Positions 51,009 through 61,650 of a stretch of 64,000 nucleotides of DNA are shown one piece after another (the first letter of the stretch is position 1; each line of letters starts with the position of its first letter). The stretch covers positions 185,777 through 249,776 of the forward strand of contig JAJPIG010000022.1 of the NCBI GenBank assembly GCA_021324855.1, in the 5' to 3' direction. The translations under genes and the position numbers were made by a program. Below the pieces are notes generated by a model, which worked only from the letters and a program-made list of their open reading frames with translations, ran no database searches and had not been told where the DNA came from. The DNA comes from Pseudomonadota bacterium (GTDB lineage: Bacteria; Desulfobacterota; Binatia; Binatales; Binataceae).

Positions 51009-51056
51009 TCACCCGAGCGAATAGCCTGTCACGTCCTCGCCAGAAGGACCCCCGTG

Positions 51057-53210
51057 CTACTCGTACCGGAGCGCCTCGATCGGGTCGAGTAGCGAGGCTT
51101 TGCGCGCCGGGTAGTAGCCGAAGAACACCCCCACCGCGACCGCGAACAGAAATCCGCCGATAATCGAGAGCGGCGAAATCAACGTCGGCCACTGCGCCAG
51201 CGCCGAAATCGTTTTCGATGCCGCGACGCCGAGCACGATGCCCGCGATGCCGCCAGCGACGCTCAGCAGCAACGCCTCGACGAGGAACTGCATCATGATG
51301 TGGAATCTGCGCGCGCCGATCGCCATCCGAATCCCGATCTCGCGCGTCCGCTCGGTCACCGAAACCAGCATGATGTTCATGATCCCGATGCCGCCGACCA
51401 GCAGCGAAATCGACGCGACCGCCGCCAGCAGCAGCGTCATCACGCGGCTCGCGCTCTCCGACGCCTGCGCGATTTCGTTCAGGCTCCGCACCGTAAAGTC
51501 GTCCTCCTCGCCGGGACGCATATGATGGCGGCGGTGGAGCGTGCGCTGGATCTGGTCCTGCGCCGCGTCGACCATCGCGGCGTTCTTCGCCTTCGCATAA
51601 ATCATGTTCACGATGCCCGAAATCTTGAGCGGATTCCCGAACGGACTCACGATCGAACTGGTGTTGGTGTAGAGCGAATTGGTGGTCGGCACGTTCGCGT
51701 AGGGACGCAGCACTGGATTGTAGCCGGGACCGGGCGTGGGCGCCGGCGACGCGCCGGGAAGCGCCTGGGTGACCTGCGCGGTGCCGAGCACCTTGCGCTC
51801 CGCCGTCATGAACGGCATCACGATCACGTCATCCTGGTCGGTGCCCCAGGTTGATTGCCCCTTGGGCGCTAGCACGCCGATCACACGAATCGGCGCGCCC
51901 TTAACGCGGATGACGGCGCCGATCGGATTCTGATCCTCGCCGAAGAGATTGCGTACCACCGTCTGGCCGAGCAGGCAGACGTCGGCGGCGCTCCGCTCCT
52001 CAGCCAGGGTGAAGGCGCGGCCGGCCACCACCGGCCAATCGCGGACGACAAAATAGCTCGCCGTAGTGCCGTTGACGCTGGTGCTCCAGTTGCGATCACC
52101 GTTCACGACCTGCGCGACCTGGCGATCAAAGTAGGAGGTCGTGGTGACCGCCCGATCCTCCTTTAGGATTGCGTCCGCGTCGGCGACCGTGAGCGTAGAG
52201 GTGCTGCCAAAACCGGCGTGAACGCCGCCGGACGTGGTGCCGCCCGGCAGCACGACCAGCAGGTTGGTGCCGAGACTCGCCATCTGCTGCTGCACGGCGA
52301 CGCGGGCGCCGTCACCCACCGCGATCATCGCGATCACCGCGGCAACGCCTATGAAGATGCCGAGCGTGGTCAGCGCGGCGCGGAGCTTGTTGCGTCGAAG
52401 CGCCCGGGCCGCAGCGATCAGAGCCATCACGCCCAAGCCGCGGCGCTCGCCAGTGCTGATTGCAGTCGTCGCCGGCGCTATCGGGGGCAAAATGGCCGCC
52501 GCGGGACTGGTTTGCGGGGTTGCGGATGGGCGGCGCTCGTCGCTGATAATCCGCCCGTCGCGAAAGGTCACAACGCGATCGGCCCAGGCCGCGACCTCGG
52601 AATCGTGCGTGACGACGATCACAGTCAGGCCGCGCTCGCGATTGAGCCGGCGGATCAGCTCCATTATTTCGGCCGAGTTGCGCGAATCGAGATTGCCGGT
52701 CGGCTCGTCGGCGAGCAAAATTTTCGGTTCATTGACCAGCGCCCGCGCGATCGCGACGCGCTGCTGCTGACCGCCCGAGAGTTGGTTCGGCAAACTCGCC
52801 TCGCGGCCGGCGAGCCCGACCATTCGGAGCAGATCGGCGGCGCGATGAACGCCGTCATTCGCGGCATGCGCGTAGAACAGCGGCATCTCGACGTTCTCGC
52901 GCGCGCTGGTGCGGGCGAGCAGGTTGAAACTCTGGAAGACGAAACCGATCCGCGAGCTGCGAATCTCAGCTAGCGCCGGCTCGCCGAGTGTCGCGACCTC
53001 GACTCCGTCGAGCACGTAGCGCCCGCCGGTCGGCCGATCGAGGCATCCGAGCAGATTCATCAGCGTCGATTTTCCCGAACCCGACGCGCCCATGACGGCG
53101 ACGAACTCGCCCGACCCAATGCGCAGGTTGACGCCGCTTAGCGCCTCCACCTCGACGTCGCCGGCCCGGTAGACCTTCGACAGCTCGACGGTTTCGATTA
53201 CCGTCGTCAT
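51057..53210 (-). CDS. macB: MacB-type ABC transporter (fused ATPase plus FtsX-like permease)
   Basis: Walker A GASGSGKST, signature LSGGQQQRVAIARAL, Walker B ILLADEPT. Ala/Pro linker. Large periplasmic domain flanked by 4 TM (FtsX fold). Confidence 0.88.
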   Translation of the reverse strand: MTTVIETVELSKVYRAGDVEVEALSGVNLRIGSGEFVAVMGASGSGKSTLMNLLGCLDRPTGGRYVLDGVEVATLGEPALAEIRSSRIGFVFQSFNLLARTSARENVEMPLFYAHAANDGVHRAADLLRMVGLAGREASLPNQLSGGQQQRVAIARALVNEPKILLADEPTGNLDSRNSAEIMELIRRLNRERGLTVIVVTHDSEVAAWADRVVTFRDGRIISDERRPSATPQTSPAAAILPPIAPATTAISTGERRGLGVMALIAAARALRRNKLRAALTTLGIFIGVAAVIAMIAVGDGARVAVQQQMASLGTNLLVVLPGGTTSGGVHAGFGSTSTLTVADADAILKEDRAVTTTSYFDRQVAQVVNGDRNWSTSVNGTTASYFVVRDWPVVAGRAFTLAEERSAADVCLLGQTVVRNLFGEDQNPIGAVIRVKGAPIRVIGVLAPKGQSTWGTDQDDVIVMPFMTAERKVLGTAQVTQALPGASPAPTPGPGYNPVLRPYANVPTTNSLYTNTSSIVSPFGNPLKISGIVNMIYAKAKNAAMVDAAQDQIQRTLHRRHHMRPGEEDDFTVRSLNEIAQASESASRVMTLLLAAVASISLLVGGIGIMNIMLVSVTERTREIGIRMAIGARRFHIMMQFLVEALLLSVAGGIAGIVLGVAASKTISALAQWPTLISPLSIIGGFLFAVAVGVFFGYYPARKASLLDPIEALRYE

Positions 53211-53219
53211 CGGCGTGTG

Positions 53220-54419
53220 CTAACGCGGGAACCGGGGCGGTGTGAGCTGGGCGGCATCCTCGCGGATCTCGTCGGTCACGACCTTCTGGCCGGGCGCGAG
53301 ATTGCCTTCCAGCACCTGCACCCAAGTGCCGTCGCTGAGGCCGATTTTGAGCGGCACGGGTTCGAGCGTCCCGTTGCGGAGAACGTAGACCCGCGCATGG
53401 CTCGAATCTGCGGTGAGCGGCGCGCCGCTCGGACCGGTTACCACAGCGTGGTTTTCGGCGCTGCCGTCGATTTTCGGCGAGAAGCGCAGGGCTTCAATCG
53501 GCACGCGCAGCACGTTATCGCGTTGCGCGGTGATGATCGTGACATCGGCGGTCATCCCGGGCTTCAGCAGCAGCTCGGGATTGGCAACATCGATCACCAC
53601 GTCGTAAGTCACCACGTTCTGAACGGTGATCGGCGCCTGGCGCACCTGGCCGACGGTGCCGCTGAACGGACGGTCGGGAAACGCGTCGACGTGGAACTCC
53701 GCGCGCTCGCCGCTGCGCACGTTGCCGATATCGGACTCGCTGACGTTGGTGTCGACCTGCATCCGAGTGAGATCGCGCGCAATCAGGAACAGCGTCGGCG
53801 TTTGGAAACTCGCGGCGACGGTCTGGCCGACATCGACATTGCGCGACACCACCGTGCCGTCGACCGGCGAGACGATATCGGTGTAGCCGAGGTTGACCTG
53901 CGCTTCGTGGAGCATCGCCTGCTGCTGCTGTATGTTCGCGCGATCGAGTTCGACCTGCGCCCGGGCCTGGAGATAGGCGCTCTGCGCGCTATCGACGGTA
54001 TCCTGCGAGACGACTTTTTCGGCGCGGAGCTTGCGGTCGCGCTCAGCGGTGATCTTCTTGTAGTCCATGTCGGCTTTATCCTTGGCCAACTGAGCGCGGG
54101 CATTGGCAAGCGCCGCCGACGATTGGGCCACTTTGACGGCGAACGGACGCGGATCGATCTTCGCAATCAACTGGCCGGCTTTCACCGTGGAATTGAAATC
54201 GGCGTAGATCGCCTGGATCGGACCCGAGACGTAGCTGCCGACCTGCACCGTCGTGACGGGATTGACGGTGCCGGTCGCGACCACCGAGCGCACGATCGGA
54301 CCGCGGGTGACGAGGGCCGTCACATAGCGAGGAGTGGGCGCGCCGCTGCGGAAGTAGAACAGGCAGGCCGCGGCAATCGCGGCCACGACCAGCGCAATCA
54401 GGGCGCGCCGGGATGTCAT
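53220..54419 (-). CDS. macA: Periplasmic adaptor (membrane fusion protein, HlyD/MacA family)
   Basis: TM anchor RRALIALVVAAIAAACLF, coiled-coil hairpin, lipoyl and beta-barrel domains (GYTDIVSPVDGTVV). Immediately upstream of macB. Confidence 0.85.
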   Translation of the reverse strand: MTSRRALIALVVAAIAAACLFYFRSGAPTPRYVTALVTRGPIVRSVVATGTVNPVTTVQVGSYVSGPIQAIYADFNSTVKAGQLIAKIDPRPFAVKVAQSSAALANARAQLAKDKADMDYKKITAERDRKLRAEKVVSQDTVDSAQSAYLQARAQVELDRANIQQQQAMLHEAQVNLGYTDIVSPVDGTVVSRNVDVGQTVAASFQTPTLFLIARDLTRMQVDTNVSESDIGNVRSGERAEFHVDAFPDRPFSGTVGQVRQAPITVQNVVTYDVVIDVANPELLLKPGMTADVTIITAQRDNVLRVPIEALRFSPKIDGSAENHAVVTGPSGAPLTADSSHARVYVLRNGTLEPVPLKIGLSDGTWVQVLEGNLAPGQKVVTDEIREDAAQLTPPRFPR

Positions 54420-54670
54420 CCAGAGGTGCATATGAATCGAAACAAATGGCAAAAACGATGCCCTGGGCATCGCTCGATTAGCCTAGCTCAAAGCTACGGA
54501 CGATGGCACGCCGGAAATGTTTCACCCACGATGTTTGACGACATCGAAAAAAATTTCAGAAAACACCTTCGGAAAACACGAACGGCCACGCTCGGTCCCA
54601 TCGGGGGGGACCGGGGCGGCCGTCGCTACCGAACTGGATCGTCGCGATCCGAGGATCGCACCGTTCCCGG

Positions 54671-56434
<1,764 letters not shown>

Positions 56435-56772
56435 GCCCTTACACGGTGCGTCCCGGCCGCATCAGGCGGCGGGGGCGAGATTGCCCCGCGCTGGTTTCGG
56501 GGCGAGCTCCATTCCACTACAATAGAGACGAATTTGGACGTCAAAGGCTACAATGCTTCCGAAGCTGCTCACGTTAGAGGCGCCTCGTACAGAAGTCAAT
56601 TTCTTCGTCTGTTCCAGGTACCTCACGATGAGTCCGTCGGCGTCCCCTCATCCGGACCCACAGGTCAACGTTCTAGTATAGCCTAAATTGCCGTCCGTTT
56701 TCTAATGGCTGGAACGACCGATTCGGGGCCCGCTCCCTGGTTCTCACAACTAAGATTAAGTTAACCATCCTG

Positions 56773-56785
56773 ATGCACGTTGTGC
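56773..56785. promoter_or_regulatory. Perfect palindrome TGCAC-GTT-GTGCA about 20 nt upstream of the exchanger-polB operon start. Putative operator.
   Basis: Seen directly in the sequence. Located in the 373-bp divergent rpoD / CaCA-polB intergenic region. Confidence 0.3.
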
Positions 56786-56807
56786 AGGACGGAGGCGGGA
56801 GGCTCTT

Positions 56808-57830
56808 TTGCTCGAACATTCGATTTTCCTGGTCCTTAGCTTCGCGCTTATCCTCGCTGGTTCGGAGCTTTTTACCAACGGCGTAGAATGGGCCGGCCAG
56901 CGGCTTAATATCGCCGAAGCTGCTGTAGGGAGCCTGCTGGCCGCCGTCGGCACCGCCCTTCCCGAAACATTTATCCCGCTGGTCGCGTTGATTATGGGCC
57001 GGACCGGCACCGATGCGCATAGCGCGGTCGGCGTCGGCGCGATTATTGGGGCGCCGCTGATGCTCTCGACGGTCGCCCTGTTCGTGATGGGTGTCGCTGG
57101 CTTTGCCTTCCGGGGTCGGCGCGGCCACGCGGCCCTCAGAGTATCGAGGGAAGACGCCCGACGTGACCTGGCTTTCTTTATGCCCATCCTGCTGGCATTG
57201 GTCCTGCTGGGCGTCGACCACCCAAGCCCCGTTTTGCGCTACGTCGCAGCCGGAATCGTGCTCCTGGCCTACGTTGCTTACAGCATTACGATGCTCCGAA
57301 TGGCCCGCAGCACCGACTCCATCGTGGAGCAGGGACTTCATCTCGAGCGGCTCGCGCGCGGCGACCCGCTCAATCCGCGCAATGCGATCACGGCCATCCA
57401 AGTGAGCACCGGTGTACTCGCAATCCTGTTCGGCGCGCGGATCTTCGTCGATCAGATCATCCTGTTTTCGGGGCATGCCGGCATGAGTCCCGGCGTTCTT
57501 TCGCTGATCCTGAGTCCGCTCGCGACGGAACTGCCCGAGAAATACAACTCGGTCATCTGGATACGCCAGCGCAAGGACCATCTCGCGCTCGCGAACATCA
57601 CCGGCGCTATGGCTTTTCAGTCCTGCATTCCGGTGGCGCTGGGCCTTATCTTCACACCCTGGCATCTTGCGCCCGCTGAGTTGATCGGCAGCGCGGTGGC
57701 GCTGGTCTCAGCGATGATCCTCTTTCTGAATCTCCACGATGGTATCCTGAGGTTCGCGAACCTGATGATGGGCGGGGCGGCCTATGCGCTGTTCATCGCG
57801 CTGCTCGCGTTAAATGGCCTTTTCCGATGA
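56808..57830 (+). CDS. Na+/Ca2+ exchanger family (CaCA, YrbG-like) membrane protein
   Basis: Alpha-1 and alpha-2 repeats GSELFTNGVE...GTALPE and SPLATELPE. 10 TM. TTG start with GGAGG upstream. Confidence 0.8.
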   Translation: MLEHSIFLVLSFALILAGSELFTNGVEWAGQRLNIAEAAVGSLLAAVGTALPETFIPLVALIMGRTGTDAHSAVGVGAIIGAPLMLSTVALFVMGVAGFAFRGRRGHAALRVSREDARRDLAFFMPILLALVLLGVDHPSPVLRYVAAGIVLLAYVAYSITMLRMARSTDSIVEQGLHLERLARGDPLNPRNAITAIQVSTGVLAILFGARIFVDQIILFSGHAGMSPGVLSLILSPLATELPEKYNSVIWIRQRKDHLALANITGAMAFQSCIPVALGLIFTPWHLAPAELIGSAVALVSAMILFLNLHDGILRFANLMMGGAAYALFIALLALNGLFR

Positions 57831-57848
57831 CGGTCGATAGCGTCGGCG

Positions 57849-60152
57849 ATGGATCGATATCAGCATATATCGAGCCAGTTTTATGGCAATCGGCTCCTCT
57901 TCGGCGACCCGAGTGAGGATTCGATAGTCGCGCTCGAAATCGCGTCGCCGACCGAGGTTGAAATCTTCCGCCGCCGCCATGGCGAGTTAAGCCGCGAACG
58001 CCGGCCATTGAGATTGTTTCTGCTGCTCGCCGATCGCGAGCTGATGAAAGGAACACGCATCCCCCACGAGACCGTCGAGATGGCGGGCGATTTCCGCTTC
58101 CGCTACCTCGTGAGTTTCGGTTCCACCGCCGGGCTGGAGAGCGCCAAGCGCCACCTCCGGAACGTTTCGGGGAAGGCTGCCAGCGCCGCCGATGCGCCAT
58201 ATTTCGTACTGAGCGACCCGATCGAACAGCACCTGATGCTCACCGGTTCAACTTTCTTCATCGGGCTCAGTTTCCAAGACCTGCGCCGGATGCAACTCGA
58301 TATCGAGACCTACACCAGCAGCGGTTTCGAGTTCGCCTCCGCCGGACGCGAAGGCGACCGCATCACGGCCATCGCGATCACCGACTCAACCGGTTACGAG
58401 CGCGTGCTCGACGGCCATAAGACGGACGAGCGGACGATGCTGGAAGAGCTGGTGCAAATTGTCAATGAGCAGGACCCCGACGTGATCGAAGGTCACAATC
58501 TCTTCCGCTCGGACCTCGAATATCTGGAACAGCGCGCGCGGCGGCACAAACTCAAGCTGGCGCTGGGCCGCGACGGCAGCGTGATGCGCGCGCGGGCTTC
58601 GCGGCTCCAGATCGCCGAGCGCACGATCGCCTACCGGCGTTACGAGATCTATGGCCGCTCGGTAATCGACACTTGGATCCTTGCGCAGTTCTATGACATC
58701 GCGAGCCGCGAGCTCGAAGGTTTCGGCTTACGCGAGCTGGCCGAACATTTCCGGATCGCGGGCCCCGATCGCGTCTATCTCGATCCCGCCCGCATGAGTC
58801 ATTACTTCGATCGCGAGCCTGAGCTGCTGATGCGGTCGGCGCTCGAAGACGCGCGCGAAGCGGGCGCGCTCGCTGCGCTGCTCGCGCCCAGTTACTTCAT
58901 TCAGGCACAGATTTTCCCATACTCGTTCCAGAATGTAGTGCTGCGCGGCAATGCGACGCGCATCGATGCCCTGCTGATACGGAACTACCTTGCCGCGCGC
59001 CATTCGATTCCCGCACCCGCCGAGCCCTCCGAGGTCGCCGGCGGATACACCGAGATGCGCCGCTGCGGCGTAGCGCGCGGCGTACTGCATTGCGATGTAA
59101 CGTCGCTTTATCCCTCGCTGATGCTCCAGTACGGGTATGCGCCGCAGAACGATCGGCTCGGCGTTTTCCTCAAGATGCTCGCTGATTTGCGCCGCTTTCG
59201 AATCGAGGCGAAGGCGGCCGCTGCCGAAACCAGCGGCGCCGAGCGCCACAATTTGGACGCGATGCAGCAGACCTTCAAAATCCTGATTAACTCGTTTTAT
59301 GGGTATCTCGGTTTCGCGCTCGGCCACTTCAACGATTTCATTGCAGCCAATAACGTCACGCGTCAGGGCCGCGATTTGATCCAGAAGGCGATCGGCGTCC
59401 TCGAAGGCGCCGGCGCGCAAGTGATCGAATGTGATACCGACGGGATCTATTTCGTTGCGCCTTTTGCATTCGAAGATGCGGGCGCGGCCGAGGCGCTGTT
59501 GGAAAAAGTCGCTGCGGCGATGCCTGAGGGAATCCGGCTCGAAATCGACGGGCGTTATCCGGCGATGTTCTCATACAAGATGAAGAATTACGTCCTGCTC
59601 GATGAAGACGGCACGACCACGATTCGCGGTTCGGGCCTGCGCTCGCGCGGGCTCGAACGCTTCCAGCGCCGTTTCATGGAGGATTTTTTCCATCGCTTGC
59701 TATCCGATCGGCGCGACGAAATTCCGGCTCTCTACGACGATTATCGCCGTCGGATCGAAAGTCACGAATTCAGTATCACTGACTTGATGAAGACCGAGAC
59801 CATCCAGGATTCGCTCGAGGTCTACCGTCAGAAAATCGCGGCGAAGCGCCGCAATCCCGCCGCCGCATACGAACTCGCGCTCAAGTCCCAGCGGCCGTTT
59901 CAGAGCGGCGATCAGATCTCGTACTACGTCACCGGCCGGGGCGCGCGCGTCAAGGTCAATGTAGCCGCGAAAATGGCATCCGAGTACGACCCCGCCAATC
60001 CCGACGAGAACGTTGAGTATTATCAGGCCAAGCTCGCGGATCTCTACGAAAAGTTCCGGCCGTTTGCCGACCGGCCGGGTCTGTTCCCCGCCGATGCTCT
60101 CGAGCGTGGCGAAGAACCGGCGCAGCCCGGAATTTTTGACGGCCAGAAATAG
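57849..60152 (+). CDS. polB: Family B DNA polymerase (DNA polymerase II-like, with 3'-5' exonuclease)
   Basis: Exo I LDIETYT. Exo II block DPDVIEGHNLFRSDLEYL, comparable to E. coli Pol II DPDVIIGWNVVQFDLRML. Motif A DVTSLYPS. Motif B KILINSFYGYLG. Motif C CDTDGIY. KxY variant YKMKNY. 767 aa. Confidence 0.88.
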   Translation: MDRYQHISSQFYGNRLLFGDPSEDSIVALEIASPTEVEIFRRRHGELSRERRPLRLFLLLADRELMKGTRIPHETVEMAGDFRFRYLVSFGSTAGLESAKRHLRNVSGKAASAADAPYFVLSDPIEQHLMLTGSTFFIGLSFQDLRRMQLDIETYTSSGFEFASAGREGDRITAIAITDSTGYERVLDGHKTDERTMLEELVQIVNEQDPDVIEGHNLFRSDLEYLEQRARRHKLKLALGRDGSVMRARASRLQIAERTIAYRRYEIYGRSVIDTWILAQFYDIASRELEGFGLRELAEHFRIAGPDRVYLDPARMSHYFDREPELLMRSALEDAREAGALAALLAPSYFIQAQIFPYSFQNVVLRGNATRIDALLIRNYLAARHSIPAPAEPSEVAGGYTEMRRCGVARGVLHCDVTSLYPSLMLQYGYAPQNDRLGVFLKMLADLRRFRIEAKAAAAETSGAERHNLDAMQQTFKILINSFYGYLGFALGHFNDFIAANNVTRQGRDLIQKAIGVLEGAGAQVIECDTDGIYFVAPFAFEDAGAAEALLEKVAAAMPEGIRLEIDGRYPAMFSYKMKNYVLLDEDGTTTIRGSGLRSRGLERFQRRFMEDFFHRLLSDRRDEIPALYDDYRRRIESHEFSITDLMKTETIQDSLEVYRQKIAAKRRNPAAAYELALKSQRPFQSGDQISYYVTGRGARVKVNVAAKMASEYDPANPDENVEYYQAKLADLYEKFRPFADRPGLFPADALERGEEPAQPGIFDGQK

Positions 60153-60391
60153 GCTCGATGGCCTCCAAGGCGTTGTCTTTGATCGAAATTGCCTAGAATC
60201 GACCTAGTGCGCAATTCCTTACCGGGATTTTCTCGACCGGGAAAATCCAAAAAACGTAAATTTCGGATAAAAGCTGGTGACGTAGCATCAATTCATGCTA
60301 TAAAAATGGACATACTGTGTAAAAGTGATATAAAATAGTAAAAAGATGACTGTAATTTTTTACAGGGATATCTGAAAAAGGGTGGGATAAT
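60153..60391 (+). promoter_or_regulatory. Very AT-rich promoter island upstream of the beta-helix protein gene
   Basis: Hand-counted GC about 22-33% in two 60-nt samples. Contains GTGACG-16nt-TATAAA and an extended -10 TGATATAAA. Inverted repeat GGATTTTC/GAAAATCC. Strong SD AAGGGTGGG five nt before the ATG. Confidence 0.45.
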
Positions 60392-61357
60392 ATGGCAGGC
60401 ATACAAAGAAAATTGTGGACCGGAAGCTTGATTGTCGCGCTGCTGCTGGCGGCCTCGGTTTCGGGCTTTGCGCAGGTCGGATTGGGCGATTGCACGAAAA
60501 AACCCATCTCAATAAAGAGTTCCGGCAGCTATGTCCTGAAGCACAATGTCGCCTCGAAGAGCGGGAAGGACTGCATTGACGTTCTTGCGTCCAACGTCAC
60601 CATCGACCTGAACGGATTCGCCATTCTCTCGGGACTCGTGGGAATCAATGCTGCCAACAAGACTTACATTTCGATTCGTAACGGCATGGTCACCGGAATG
60701 ACCGGGCCGGGCATAGTTGTAGGCGGCTACAGCACGGTCCAGGGAGTGCATTCGAACCTCAACGCCGGTGACGGCATCTTATGCGAGGGTGACGGATGTG
60801 TGATTTCGGACAACTCGGCTGACGGGAATCAAAATAACGGGATCGAGGTGACCGGCAACTACGCCCGGATCTCGGGCAACACGGCCAATGGCAACACTAA
60901 CAGCGGGATCCTCGCCGGCTCGGGCTCTTCGGGCCAGTCCAATATCATCACCGGGAATACCGCCAATGGGAATGCCAGCAACGCCGGCATCCAGTGCGGT
61001 TACAACGCCATCGTCAACGGCAACACGACCGATGCGAACGGCGGTGACGGCATCAACTGCGGTACCGGGTCGACAATCGATGGCAATATCGCGTCGCTCA
61101 ATCATGGTTCCGGAATAAGTACCGGTGATAACGTCCGCATCGGGGCCAACGTGCTGAACGACAACAGCAGCGACGGCATCAGGACGGGCACGGCGCTGGT
61201 CCAGGGTAACGAGACCAACGGCAACGGCGGTTATGGACTCAATACCAGCAGCGTTGGTACGGGATTCACCGAGAACGTTTTCAACAGCGACTCGAGCGGC
61301 GCGGTCCGCAACGGTGTCAGCCTCGGAAACAACGTGTGCGACGGCACGAAATGCTAG
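60392..61357 (+). CDS. Secreted right-handed parallel beta-helix repeat protein (NosD/CASH-like fold)
   Basis: Signal peptide. About ten tandem repeats of roughly 22 aa of the form GN.A.GN...GI (GNTANGNTNSGILAG, GNTANGNASNAGIQCG, GNTTDANGGDGINCG...). C-terminal Cys pair. Confidence 0.6.
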   Translation: MAGIQRKLWTGSLIVALLLAASVSGFAQVGLGDCTKKPISIKSSGSYVLKHNVASKSGKDCIDVLASNVTIDLNGFAILSGLVGINAANKTYISIRNGMVTGMTGPGIVVGGYSTVQGVHSNLNAGDGILCEGDGCVISDNSADGNQNNGIEVTGNYARISGNTANGNTNSGILAGSGSSGQSNIITGNTANGNASNAGIQCGYNAIVNGNTTDANGGDGINCGTGSTIDGNIASLNHGSGISTGDNVRIGANVLNDNSSDGIRTGTALVQGNETNGNGGYGLNTSSVGTGFTENVFNSDSSGAVRNGVSLGNNVCDGTKC

Positions 61358-61375
61358 TCTGATCGCCTGCGCAAC

Positions 61376-61410
61376 GCACGGCGAGGGCGGGCACGCCGTG
61401 TCATTTTCGT
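61376..61410 (+). terminator. Rho-independent terminator after the beta-helix gene
   Basis: CACGGCG-agggcgggca-CGCCGTG followed by TCATTTTCGTT. Confidence 0.5.
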
Positions 61411-61650
61411 TCCCGCCGACCGCAAATAGTGTTCACGCGCGCCTGATGGTTGCCGGCGGTAATCATCGGAACTGGTCGATCAACGCCTCGCCTGTCTGAA
61501 GCGCCATGGCAGGCGGCGTGCCCGCAAGGAACGCGCTGACAAATAGCCGCCCGGTTTCCCATCTTTGAACGAGTCGATAGTATATCAGGGTCAATTGATA
61601 TAAATTCAAGCTGGTTCCGAAACCAAAACTTACCATCTCCGGGGGAAATT

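Noticed and set aside
54600-54670. GCGATCC-ga-GGATCGC inverted repeat just downstream of rpoD
   Set aside because: No U-tract on either strand, so it cannot be called a terminator. Possibly a protein-binding site, but there is no supporting context.
56712-56724. GAACGACCGATTC as a possible Cheo-type LexA box upstream of the polB operon
   Set aside because: Two mismatches in the second half-site (GATT versus GTTC) and the LexA-box type of this lineage is unknown. Not reported as a feature.
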